In this document: positions 53,703-63,562 of the stretch, in pieces
Numbering within the stretch: the stretch's first letter is position 1
Layout: the number at the start of each line of letters is the position of its first letter
From: an uncultured delta proteobacterium
GTDB lineage: Bacteria; Myxococcota_A; Polyangia; Palsa-1104
Assembly (NCBI GenBank): GCA_963785725.1
Contig: CAWAWS010000007.1
Location: forward strand, 299,238-363,237
DNA: 64,000 nucleotides
Direction: 5' to 3'
Translations under genes and position numbers: made by a program
Notes under the pieces: generated by a model
Database searches by the model: none
What the model was told of the DNA's origin: nothing
What the model saw: the letters and a program-made list of their open reading frames with translations, nothing else

Positions 53703-54410
53703 ATGAGTCGTGCGCCGCTGACGGACTACGAGAAATACATCCGCACCGATGAGCTGTTGGCGCTGCAAAAGCCCGAGGATCAGCTCAGCTGCCACGACGA
53801 GATGCAGTTTCAGGTCGTGCATCAAGTGGCCGAGCTGTGGATGAAGCTGTGCGAGCACGAGCTGACCTTCGCCGCCGCGCGCATGAAAGAGAACGCCGTG
53901 GCGCGCGCGATGCGGGCGCTGGCGCGCGTGCGCGGCATTCAGGTGCTGCTGATGGACCAGCTGGCGCTGCTCGACACGATGGCGCCGCGCGACTACATGA
54001 CCATCCGTAACGCGCTCGGTCGCGGCTCGGGGCAGGAGTCGCCGGGGTTTCGCCGCATGCTGCAGCTGCCGGAAGAGGTGTGGCCGGCGTTCGCGCAGCT
54101 GCTGGAGGCGCGCGGCGTGACGCTGCGGCAGATCTACGAGGCGCCCGACTCGCAGCCGGAGCTGTTCAACCTCGCCGAAGGGCTCATCGACTACGATCAG
54201 AGCCTGCAAGCGTGGCGGATGCGCCATCTGCTCATCGTCTATCGCCAGATCGGCGCGGGGACGCCGTCGCTGAAGGGCAAGGCGTCGGACCTGCTCGCCG
54301 AAGGGCTGAAGCATCGCTTCTTCCCGAAGCTGTGGGACGTCCGCGACGAGCTGTTCGCCGAATGGACGCGCACACACCCATATGGCGCCGAGAAGGGCTA
54401 CCACGGCTGA
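53703..54410 (+). CDS. kynA: Tryptophan 2,3-dioxygenase
   Basis: ...LTDYEKYIRTDELLALQKPEDQLSCHDEMQFQVVHQVAELWMKL..., TDO family. Confidence 0.85.
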   Translation: MSRAPLTDYEKYIRTDELLALQKPEDQLSCHDEMQFQVVHQVAELWMKLCEHELTFAAARMKENAVARAMRALARVRGIQVLLMDQLALLDTMAPRDYMTIRNALGRGSGQESPGFRRMLQLPEEVWPAFAQLLEARGVTLRQIYEAPDSQPELFNLAEGLIDYDQSLQAWRMRHLLIVYRQIGAGTPSLKGKASDLLAEGLKHRFFPKLWDVRDELFAEWTRTHPYGAEKGYHG

Positions 54411-54438
54411 CCGATCCGTGATAGCGCTGAGCGCGACC

Positions 54439-55587
54439 ATGACGGACGATCTCCTCCGCTGGCGCGCCGAATTTCCCGCGCTCGAACGTTCGGTGTACAT
54501 GGTCTCGCATTCGCTCGGCGCGATGCCCAAACGCGCTTACGAGCATCTGCGAGGCTTCGCCGATCTGTGGGTCAACAAGGGCATCAACGCGTGGGATGAT
54601 TGGATCCCCGAGGTCGAGCGCGCGGGCGAGCGCATCGGCCGCATCATCGGCGCGCCCGCCGGCACCGTGGCGATGGCGACGAACGTGTCGCAGATTCAGG
54701 CGCTCGTCGCCAGTTGCCTCGACTACACGCCCGCGCGCAACAAGATCGTCTTCACGGCGCTCAATTTCCCGACGGTGAGCTACGTCTGGCACGAGGAGCG
54801 GCGGCGCGGCGCCGACGTCGTGGTCGTGCCCGGCGGCGACGGCGTGCACGCGCCGATGGACGCGCTCTTGGCGGCGATCGACGAACGCACGCTGATGGTG
54901 CCGATCTCGCACGTGCTCTTCCGCTCGTCGGCGATCAAAGACGTGGCCGCGGTCGTCAAGCGCTGTCAGGAAGTGGGCGCGCTGGTGATGCTCGATTGCT
55001 ATCAGTCGACGGGCACGGTGCCGCTCGACGTGACGGCGCTGGGCGTCGATTTCGCGTGCGGCGGCTCGGTCAAGTGGCTGTGCGGCGGCCCGGGCGCGGC
55101 CTACTTGTACGTGCGGCCCGATCGGATTCCGCAGTTCGCGCCGCGCAACACCGGCTGGTTCGGCAACGTCAAGCCGTTCGCGTTCACGATGCCGGAGCAG
55201 ACCTACGCGCCCAATATTTGGCGTTATATGGCGGGGACGCCGGCGATCGTCGCGCTCTATCAAGCGCGCGCGGGCGCCGAGATCGTGGCCGAGATCGGCG
55301 TCGCCAACATTCGCAAGAAGTCGCTCAGGCAGACGGCGCGCGTGCTGGCGAAGTGCGACGAGCGCGGCTGGAAGGTGAACACGCCGCGCGCCGAAAACGA
55401 GCGCGGCGGCAGCGTCTGCTTCGACTTCGCGGGCAGCGACCAGGTCGCGCGCGGCTTGAATGCGAGCGGCTTTTTGTGCGACTGGCGCCCGCAATCGGGC
55501 ATCCGAATGTCGCCCCATTTTTACACCAGCGACGACGAGGTCGAGCGCTTCCTCGACGAAGTCGCGCGTCTGCAAGGCACCACGTGA
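54439..55587 (+). CDS. kynU: Kynureninase (PLP-dependent)
   Basis: ...FPALERSVYMVSHSLGAMPKRAYEHL...LDCYQSTGTVPLDV...GGSVKWLCGGPG... Confidence 0.85.
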   Translation: MTDDLLRWRAEFPALERSVYMVSHSLGAMPKRAYEHLRGFADLWVNKGINAWDDWIPEVERAGERIGRIIGAPAGTVAMATNVSQIQALVASCLDYTPARNKIVFTALNFPTVSYVWHEERRRGADVVVVPGGDGVHAPMDALLAAIDERTLMVPISHVLFRSSAIKDVAAVVKRCQEVGALVMLDCYQSTGTVPLDVTALGVDFACGGSVKWLCGGPGAAYLYVRPDRIPQFAPRNTGWFGNVKPFAFTMPEQTYAPNIWRYMAGTPAIVALYQARAGAEIVAEIGVANIRKKSLRQTARVLAKCDERGWKVNTPRAENERGGSVCFDFAGSDQVARGLNASGFLCDWRPQSGIRMSPHFYTSDDEVERFLDEVARLQGTT

Positions 55588-55597
55588 GGAACGAACG

Positions 55598-55993
55598 ATG
55601 AATACGCCCATCAATCCGCGCGAGCTCGGCACACCGCGCGGCTACTCCAACGGCATGCTGGCGCCGCCCGGACGCATGCTCGCCATCGCCGGTCAGATCG
55701 GTTGGGACGGCACGGGCAAGCTCGTGTCCGACGACTTCGCGCAGCAGTTCAACCGCGCGCTCGGCAACGTCTTGGCCGTCTTGCACGAGGCCGGCGGCGT
55801 GCCCAGCGATTTGATCACGCTGCGCATTTACGTCGTGGATAAGCAGCGTTATTTGGCGCAAACGAAGGAGATCGGCGCGATCTATCGCGAGCTCATGGGG
55901 ACGCATTATCCGGCGATGGCGCTGCTGCAAGTGGCCGATCTGCTCGAGCCGGGCGCGCAGGTCGAGATCGAAGGGTTGGCGGTGATCTCCTGA
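55598..55993 (+). CDS. RidA/YjgF-family enamine/imine deaminase
   Basis: ...PRGYSNGMLAPPGRMLAIAGQIGWDG...PAMALLQVADLLEPGAQVEIEGLAV. Confidence 0.8.
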   Translation: MNTPINPRELGTPRGYSNGMLAPPGRMLAIAGQIGWDGTGKLVSDDFAQQFNRALGNVLAVLHEAGGVPSDLITLRIYVVDKQRYLAQTKEIGAIYRELMGTHYPAMALLQVADLLEPGAQVEIEGLAVIS

Positions 55994-56787
55994 TCGCGCC
56001 CAAGAGCTTCCGTTATGCCGTCGAGGATCATATTGCGACGATCACGCTCGATCGGCCGGAGACGCTCAATTCGCTGACGTTCGAGGTCTACGCCGAGCTG
56101 CGCGACTGTTTCCGCGCGCTCGAGAACGAAGCCGAGGTGCACGCCATCGTCATCACCGGCGCCGGGCGCGGCTTCTGCAGCGGCGGCAGCGTCAACGACA
56201 TCATCGGCCCCTTGTTCGCCATGTCCGCCGTCGAGCGCATGGCGTTCACGCGCATGACGGGCGATCTCATCGGCGCCATTCGTCAGCTGCGTAAGCCGGT
56301 GGTCGCGGCCATCAACGGCGTCGCGGCGGGCGCGGGCGCGGTCATCGCGCTGGCGTGCGACTTCCGCGTCATGTCGGAGAAGGCGAAAATAGCGTTCCTG
56401 TTCGTCAAGGTCGGGTTGGCGGGCGCGGATATGGGCGCGGCCTGGCTGTTGCCGCAAGTGGTCGGCTTGGCGCGCGCGACCGAGATCTTGATGCTCGGCG
56501 ATCCGGTCGTCGCCGCCGACGCGCTGCGCATCGGTTTGGCCAATCGCGTCGTCGCGCCGGAGCAGGTGGTGACCGAAGCGCGCGGGCTGGCCGAGCGGCT
56601 GGCGCGCGGGCCGCGGTTTGCGCTCGGGATGACGAAGGAGATGTTGAACCGCGAGCCGCAGCTGACGCTGGAGGCGGCGTTGGAAGCGGAAGCGCAGGCG
56701 CAGCAGATCTGCATGGCGACCGAGGATTTCCGCGAGGCGTACGAGGCGTTCACGGGCAAGCGCGAGCCGAAGTTTACCGGGAAGTAG
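55990..56787 (+). CDS. Enoyl-CoA hydratase/isomerase family protein (start codon unclear; no canonical in-frame start)
   Basis: ...ATITLDRPETLNSL...AIVITGAGRGFCSGGSVNDI...AAINGVAAGAGAVIALACDFRV... The frame is open far upstream without ATG/GTG/TTG, which suggests a non-canonical start or a lost start codon. Confidence 0.7.
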   Translation: MIAPKSFRYAVEDHIATITLDRPETLNSLTFEVYAELRDCFRALENEAEVHAIVITGAGRGFCSGGSVNDIIGPLFAMSAVERMAFTRMTGDLIGAIRQLRKPVVAAINGVAAGAGAVIALACDFRVMSEKAKIAFLFVKVGLAGADMGAAWLLPQVVGLARATEILMLGDPVVAADALRIGLANRVVAPEQVVTEARGLAERLARGPRFALGMTKEMLNREPQLTLEAALEAEAQAQQICMATEDFREAYEAFTGKREPKFTGK

Positions 56788-57006
56788 CCCGTCGCCGCGC
56801 GAGGCGTGCGCCGAGTGCAATCGAGCGAGCGTTCTTGTGGCGCACGGCGAGGACGCAACTTTTGGACGGGAACGGCGATAAAGGGGAGGGTGGTCGGGGG
56901 AATTCCATCGAGCCCACCATCCTCCGGACCTGTAGAGCGCGCGCCTCTCGGTATCCATGTGTCGAAGTCGTCGGTAAACGCAATCCATGAGCAACGGAGC
57001 GGGACG

Positions 57007-58119
57007 ATGATCGGCTTCCTCGAAGAGCGGCACATCGCGTTGCGCTATCGCGCGCAGGCTTGGGTCGACGCGGCCGGGCTGGAGAATGACCACGATCCGG
57101 CCGAGCTCGTCGCGCGGCTGGCGCGTCACGAGCTCTTGCGCGCCTGCGTGCCGGCGGCGTACGGCGGCCTGCGCGAGCGCGTCGAATTGCGCGACTTGTG
57201 CGTGCTGCGCGCGGTCATCGGCTATCGATCGTCGCTCGCCGACACGATGTTCGCCATGCAGGGCCTCGGCAGCTATCCGGTGACGCTGGCTGGCACCGAA
57301 GCGCAGAAGCAGGCGCTCTTGCCGTCGGTGGCGAATGGTCAAACCATTTGCGCGTTCGCGATCACCGAGCCGGAAGCGGGCAGCGACGTGTCGAGCGTCA
57401 GCACGCGCGCGGTCCGCGACGGCGATGGCTACGTCATCGACGGCGTCAAATGCTTCATCAGCAACGCCGGGCTCGCGCACTCGTACGTGCTGTTCGCGCG
57501 CACGTCGGACGATCGGCATCGCGGCCTCACGGCGTTCCTCGTCGACGGCAAAGCCAATGGTTTAACCATTACGCCGACCGAGCTCATCGCGCCGCATCCC
57601 ATCGGCACGGTGACGTTGCGCGGCGTGCGCGTGCCGGCGTCGGCGCGCGTGGGCGAGGAGGGCCAAGGCTTTCAGCTGGCGATGGCGACGCTCGATTTCT
57701 TCCGCACGTCGGTGGGCGCGGCGGCGTTGGGCATGGCGGCGCGCGCGCTCGACGAAGCCAAGGCGCGCGTCAAGGCGCGGCGGCAGTTCGGCAAGGCCCT
57801 GAGCGAGTTTCAGGGCACGCAGATCGCGCTCGCCGACATGGCCGTCGACGTCGCGGCGTCGCGGCTGTTGGTGTTCTCGGCGGCGCAGCGCATCGACGGC
57901 GCCGATCAGCCGGGCAGCGTCGACGCGGCGATGGCCAAGCTGTACGCGACGGAGGCGGCGCAGCGCGTCGTCGATCGCGCCGTGCAGCTATTCGGCGGGC
58001 AAGGCGTGGTGGCCGGCTGTATCGTCGAGCGGCTCTATCGGGAAGTGCGCGCGCTCAGAATTTACGAGGGCACGAGCGAGATCCAAAAGCTCGTCATCGC
58101 CAAGGCGCTGCTGCGCTGA
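57007..58119 (+). CDS. Acyl-CoA dehydrogenase
   Basis: ...[21 protein letters not shown]...[10 protein letters not shown]... C-terminal ...[43 protein letters not shown]. Confidence 0.85.
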   Translation: MIGFLEERHIALRYRAQAWVDAAGLENDHDPAELVARLARHELLRACVPAAYGGLRERVELRDLCVLRAVIGYRSSLADTMFAMQGLGSYPVTLAGTEAQKQALLPSVANGQTICAFAITEPEAGSDVSSVSTRAVRDGDGYVIDGVKCFISNAGLAHSYVLFARTSDDRHRGLTAFLVDGKANGLTITPTELIAPHPIGTVTLRGVRVPASARVGEEGQGFQLAMATLDFFRTSVGAAALGMAARALDEAKARVKARRQFGKALSEFQGTQIALADMAVDVAASRLLVFSAAQRIDGADQPGSVDAAMAKLYATEAAQRVVDRAVQLFGGQGVVAGCIVERLYREVRALRIYEGTSEIQKLVIAKALLR

Positions 58120-58246
58120 AACGCGCGGTCCACGGGCATTTACGCGACAGTCGACACGCGGCGGGCGCGCAGGGCGGGCGCGCGCATCGGGCGACTGCGC
58201 TCGGCAGCGTGCTCGTCGGGGCGTCCGACGCGACATTCGACGGCAT

Positions 58247-58443
58247 GCATCATCGCTGGTTCGGCGCGGAATGCGACGGCGTGCACTATCGCGCGGTCGG
58301 CGCAGAATGTGACGGCATGCGCCATCGCGTGTTCGGCGCGGAATGCGACGGCATGCGCGATGGCGCGTTCGGCGCGGAATGCGACGGCATGCGCGATGGC
58401 GCGTTCGGCGCGGAATGCGACGGCATGCGCGATGGCGCGTTCG
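58247..58443. repeat. Tandem repeat array, 36-bp unit TTCGGCGCGGAATGCGACGGCATGCGCGATGGCGCG, about 5-6 copies (3 identical, upstream copies diverged)
   Basis: Direct reading of 58247-58443. Intergenic, between the ACAD stop (58119) and the ferredoxin start (58584). Confidence 0.85.
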
Positions 58444-58583
58444 ACGAGCAAGCGACGGCCTATTTGCTGCTCGGCTCGGTCGCGCATCCGACGGGGGCGT
58501 TCGATAGCGCTGTCGCGCTGCGCGGATCGCGATAAATTACAGCTCGCGGCGCTGACGCGTTCGCAAAGGGAATGGTTCAACCA

Positions 58584-58949
58584 ATGCCGCATTACGAGAA
58601 GCACGTCTTCATCTGCACCAACGAGCGCGACAAAGACAACCCGAAGGGCGACTGCGCGCGCCGCGGCTCCGACGACATTCGCGACGCGTTCAAGAAGGGC
58701 ATTCACGAGCGCGGCTTGAAGGGGCGCATGCGTGCCAACGCGGCCGGCTGCCTCGACCAGTGCGCGTTCGGGCCCACCGTCGTCGTCTATCCCGAGCAGG
58801 TTTGGTACTCGGTGCCGACGCGCGCGGACGCCGAGGAGATCATCGAGAAGCACTTGGTCGGCGGTGTTCCCGTCGAGCGGCTGCTGTTGCGCACGAACAA
58901 GGACAAAGAGCAGGACAAAGCCGGCAAGGAAGGCAAAGAGCCCAAATGA
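58584..58949 (+). CDS. Thioredoxin-like [2Fe-2S] ferredoxin-domain protein
   Basis: ...HVFICTNERDKDNPKGDCARRGSDDI...AAGCLDQCAFGPTVVVYPEQVWY... An alternative in-frame ATG at 58572 would give MVQPMPHYEK. The start is embedded in the AATGGTTCAACCAATG motif. Confidence 0.75.
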   Translation: MPHYEKHVFICTNERDKDNPKGDCARRGSDDIRDAFKKGIHERGLKGRMRANAAGCLDQCAFGPTVVVYPEQVWYSVPTRADAEEIIEKHLVGGVPVERLLLRTNKDKEQDKAGKEGKEPK

Positions 58950-59200
58950 AGAAGCCGCAAATTCTCGTCGGTGTGGCCGGGCTGGCGCTCGGTCTGTTGC
59001 TCGGCGGCGCGTTCATCGGTCGCGCGCATGCGCAGCAGCCGGGCGCACGCTTTCAGTACATGTGCCAGACGAAGCTGAACAAAATCTGGACCCCCGAAGC
59101 GCAAGCCAGGCTCAACGAGCTGGGAAGCCAGGGCTGGCAGCTCTTGCCCACGCGCAGCCCAATGAACGAGGACGTCTATTGCTACGAGCGTCGCTTCTGA
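58946..59200 (+). CDS. Small secreted protein (84 aa, signal peptide, 2 Cys)
   Basis: MKKPQILVGVAGLALGLLLGGAFIGRAHA signal. ATGA overlap with the ferredoxin stop. Confidence 0.55.
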   Translation: MKKPQILVGVAGLALGLLLGGAFIGRAHAQQPGARFQYMCQTKLNKIWTPEAQARLNELGSQGWQLLPTRSPMNEDVYCYERRF

Positions 59201-59235
59201 ATGGTTTAACCAATCTTCGGATTGGTTAAACCACT
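59200..59235. repeat. Inverted pair of AATGGTTTAACCAAT-type units separated by CTTCGG (36-bp near-perfect hairpin)
   Basis: AATGGTTTAACCAAT cttcgg ATTGGTTAAACCACT, overlapping the stop (TGA 59198-59200) of the small protein and the 5' region of the OYE gene. Confidence 0.8.
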
Positions 59236-59248
59236 CGTCGCTGCCGTC

Positions 59249-60707
<1,459 letters not shown>

Positions 60708-60724
<17 letters not shown>

Positions 60725-60743
60725 AGGGAATGGTTAAACCAAT
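60708..60743. repeat. Tandem pair of AATGGTT(G/A)AACCAAT units separated by AAAGGG
   Basis: The first unit encodes the C-terminal KWLNQ and contains the TAA stop of the OYE gene. The second contains the ATG (60742) of the CoA-ligase gene. The spacer AAAGGG is a plausible RBS. Confidence 0.8.
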
Positions 60744-62283
60744 GACAACGCCAAGTGAGACGACGTTTCAGCCGCAATTCCCCGAGCAGTTCAACATGGC
60801 GCGCTACTTCCTCGACGCGCGGATCGAAGAGGGGCGCGGCGATCACGTCGCCATCATCGACGACAGCGGGCAGTACACCTATCGCCAGGTGCAAGCGATG
60901 GCGAATCAGGTGGGCAACGCGCTGACGGCGATGGGCGTGGGCGTCGAAGATCGCGTGCTCATCGGGCTCTTCGACAGCGTCGAGTTCGCGGCGGCGTTCT
61001 TCGGCATCTTGAAGATCGGCGCCGTCGTGACGATGGTGAATCCCGAGCTGCCCGACGGCGATTATCAGCACTACCTCGACTACACGCGGGCGCGCGCGCT
61101 CATCGGCGACATTGGTTTGACCAATCGCATTGCGCCCATGATCGAGAGCTCGAAGCTGTTGCGCGGCGTCTTGAGCGCCGGCGGAAATTGGGCGGCGAAG
61201 GTCGGCGGCGCGTCGACGGAGCTCGTGAACTTCGACAGCTCCAAGGACGATCCGTCGGTGTGGCTGTTCACGTCGGGATCGACGGGGAAACCGAAGGGCG
61301 CCGTGCATCTGCAGCATGATTTTGCGTACAACACCGAGTGCTACGCCAAGCCGGTGCTGAAGATGCGCGCCGACGACGTGACGCTCGGCGTGCCCAAGCT
61401 GTTCTTCGGCTACGCGACGGGCAGCGACTTGATGTTCCCGTTTGCCGTCGGTGCGACGGCCGTGTTGTTTCGCGAGCGGGCGACGCCGGAGAAGGTGCTC
61501 GAGCTGTGCGCCAAGCACCAGGTCACGGTGCTGACGAGCGTGCCGACGATGATCAACAAGATGGTGCAGGCGGTGGGCGGCAAGCGTTCGCTGGCGCCGT
61601 TGCGCGCGGTGATTTCGGCGGGTGAGGCGCTGCCGGCCGAGCTCTATCACCGCTGGATGGAGACGTTCGGCGTCGAGATCCTCGACGGTATCGGGTCCGC
61701 CGAGCTGTTCCATATTTACATCACGAATCGACCGGGCGAGGCCAAGCCGGGGTCGCTCGGGCGCATCGTGCCCGGCTACGAGGCGAAGATCGTCGGCGCC
61801 GACGGCAACGTCGTCCCCGACGGTGAAATCGGCACGCTGTGGGTCAAGGGCGACTCGGCGGCGATCTGCTATTGGCAGGCGCACGAGAAGTCCAAAGAGG
61901 TGTTGCGCGGCGATTGGGTCGTGTCGGGAGACCTGTTTCGGCGCGACGGTGAGGGCTACTATTATTATGCCGGCCGCGCCGACGACATGCTGAAAGTGGG
62001 CGGCATTTGGGTGTCGCCGCTGGAGGTGGAGTCGTGTTTGCTGCGGCATCCGAACGTGCTGGAGGCGGCGGTCGTCGGCTACGAGGATGACGACGGGCTG
62101 GTGAAGTCGTTGGCGTTCGTGGTTCTGCGGGATGCGACGGCGTCGGACGAGCTGGCGCGCGGGATTATCGAGCACGCCAAGAGTCAGCTCGTGCATTACA
62201 AGGCGCCGCGGAAGGTGGAGTTCGTGGCGGCGCTGCCGCGGAGTGACCGGGGGAAGATCCTGCGGCGCGAGCTGCGGACGTGA
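60742..62283 (+). CDS. Benzoate-CoA-ligase-family aryl-CoA ligase (candidate anthranilate/2-aminobenzoate-CoA ligase)
   Basis: ...ARYFLDARIEEGRGDHVAII... AMP-binding motif LFTSGSTGKPKGAVH, ...GYGATG-like YATGSD, and a C-terminal ...HYKAPRKVEFVAALPRSDRGKILRREL. Confidence 0.85.
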   Translation: MTTPSETTFQPQFPEQFNMARYFLDARIEEGRGDHVAIIDDSGQYTYRQVQAMANQVGNALTAMGVGVEDRVLIGLFDSVEFAAAFFGILKIGAVVTMVNPELPDGDYQHYLDYTRARALIGDIGLTNRIAPMIESSKLLRGVLSAGGNWAAKVGGASTELVNFDSSKDDPSVWLFTSGSTGKPKGAVHLQHDFAYNTECYAKPVLKMRADDVTLGVPKLFFGYATGSDLMFPFAVGATAVLFRERATPEKVLELCAKHQVTVLTSVPTMINKMVQAVGGKRSLAPLRAVISAGEALPAELYHRWMETFGVEILDGIGSAELFHIYITNRPGEAKPGSLGRIVPGYEAKIVGADGNVVPDGEIGTLWVKGDSAAICYWQAHEKSKEVLRGDWVVSGDLFRRDGEGYYYYAGRADDMLKVGGIWVSPLEVESCLLRHPNVLEAAVVGYEDDDGLVKSLAFVVLRDATASDELARGIIEHAKSQLVHYKAPRKVEFVAALPRSDRGKILRRELRT

Positions 62284-62776
62284 CGGCGGCGGGCGCGGGG
62301 TTCGCGGCGGGCGCGGGGTTCGCGCGAGGCGCTCGGGGCGCGACGTTGGCGGCGGATGAGGCGACGTGCGCGATGTTCGCAACAGGCGAGACGACGTGCG
62401 CGATATTCGCGGCGGCTGGCGCGATGTTCGCGACATGCGAGGCTCGGGGCGCGACGTTGGCGGCGGATGAGGCGACGTGCGCGATGTTGGCGGCAGGCGA
62501 AATGACGCGCGCGATATCCGCGGCGGCTACGGCCATGGGCATGTTGTTCGCGGCTGGCGAAACAACGAGCGCGACGTTCGCGATGTTCGCGTCCCGGCAA
62601 CCGACGGTCGCGATGGTCGCGGCAGGGGAGTTCGCGCGAGGCGGCGCGGCCGTCATGTTGGGCGCGGAGCAGGCGCTCGAAGGCGCGTCGGCGACGCGCG
62701 CCGACGGTGCGTTCGCGAGGCGCGCGACCGCGCAATGCGCGTCGGCGACGCGCGCGACCACCGCTCGAGCCGACGC
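62284..62776. repeat. Degenerate tandem repeat region (about 30-33-bp period, core ...GACGTGCGCGAT(G/A)TTCGCG...), including a 46-bp exact duplication
   Basis: CTCGGGGCGCGACGTTGGCGGCGGATGAGGCGACGTGCGCGATGTT occurs twice (about 62330 and about 62441), and there are many TGCGCGATGTTCGC / CGCGATATTCGC variants. Intergenic, between the CoA ligase and the creatininase-family gene. Confidence 0.7.
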
Positions 62777-63535
62777 GTGAGGCGCCTCGGCGAGCTGACC
62801 TGGCCCGAAGCCGAAGCCCTGCGCGCGCGCGAGCCGATCATGCTCGTGCCGATCGGCTCCACCGAGGCGCACGGCCCGCACTTGCCGCTGGCCACCGACA
62901 CTATCTTGTCCGACGAGCTGGCGCTGCGCGCCGCCGCTGCGCTCGAAGCCGACGGATACGCCGCCGTCATCGCGCCCGCGCTCGCCTACGCCATCACCGA
63001 CTATGCCGGCGATTTCCCGGGCACGATCTCGCTGACCGCTGCGACCGCCGTCGCAGTTTTATCGGACATCTGCAGCTCGCTCATCGGTCGCGGCTGGCGT
63101 CGCGTCTGCCTCGTCAACAGCCACCTCGAGCCGGCGCACGTGACGTCGCTGAAGGACGCTTGCGCGCAGGCGTTCGCGCGCACCGGCGTCAACGTCGCGT
63201 TCGCCGATCAGCTCGATCGGCGCTGGGCGCGCACGCTGACCGACGAGTTCAAGCGCGGCGCCTGCCACGCGGGAAGCTACGAGACGTCGCTGGTGCTGGC
63301 GGCGCGACCGGAGCTCGTACGCGACGAGCTGCGCCGCGGATTAGTGGTTAAACCAATCGACCTGGCCAAGGCGATGCGCGAAGGCAAGCGGACGTTCATC
63401 GAGGCCGGCGCCGACCAGGCGTACTTCGGCGACCCGGCGGGCGCTACGGTTGAAGAGGGCAACGACATCTACGCGCGGCTGGTGGTCATGGTCGTCGAGA
63501 CCGTGCGCGCCGCGTGGCCAATCGAGAATGGTTAA
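62777..63535 (+). CDS. Creatininase-family amidohydrolase (start GTG 62777 or ATG 62735)
   Basis: ...LGELTWPEAEALRAREPIMLVPIGSTEAHGPHLPLATDTIL... ...GACHAGSYETSLVLA..., typical creatinine amidohydrolase / ArfB / MftE fold motifs. Confidence 0.75.
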   Translation: MRRLGELTWPEAEALRAREPIMLVPIGSTEAHGPHLPLATDTILSDELALRAAAALEADGYAAVIAPALAYAITDYAGDFPGTISLTAATAVAVLSDICSSLIGRGWRRVCLVNSHLEPAHVTSLKDACAQAFARTGVNVAFADQLDRRWARTLTDEFKRGACHAGSYETSLVLAARPELVRDELRRGLVVKPIDLAKAMREGKRTFIEAGADQAYFGDPAGATVEEGNDIYARLVVMVVETVRAAWPIENG

Positions 63536-63562
63536 ACCAATTTCGAAATTGGTTTAACCATT
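63527..63562. repeat. Perfect 36-bp palindrome AATGGTTAAACCAATTTCGAAATTGGTTTAACCATT
   Basis: The reverse complement is identical to the forward sequence. It overlaps the last codons (ENG) and the TAA stop (63533-63535) of the creatininase-family gene. Confidence 0.9.

Noticed and set aside
58247-58535. Repeat-encoded 96-aa ORF (FGAECDGMRDGA)n and the 62280..62780 / 62165..62881 repeat-encoded ORFs
   Set aside because: High GC3 is explained by the GC-rich repeat itself. There is no RBS and no start context, and both strands are open, which is characteristic of non-coding tandem repeats. Retained only as a low-probability alternative in the findings.
59200-59235. Interpreting the AATGGTT.AACCAAT hairpins as rho-independent terminators
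   Set aside because: None is followed by a T/U-tract. The only convincing intrinsic terminator in the window is the GC-hairpin + U7 after groEL (51074-51106).
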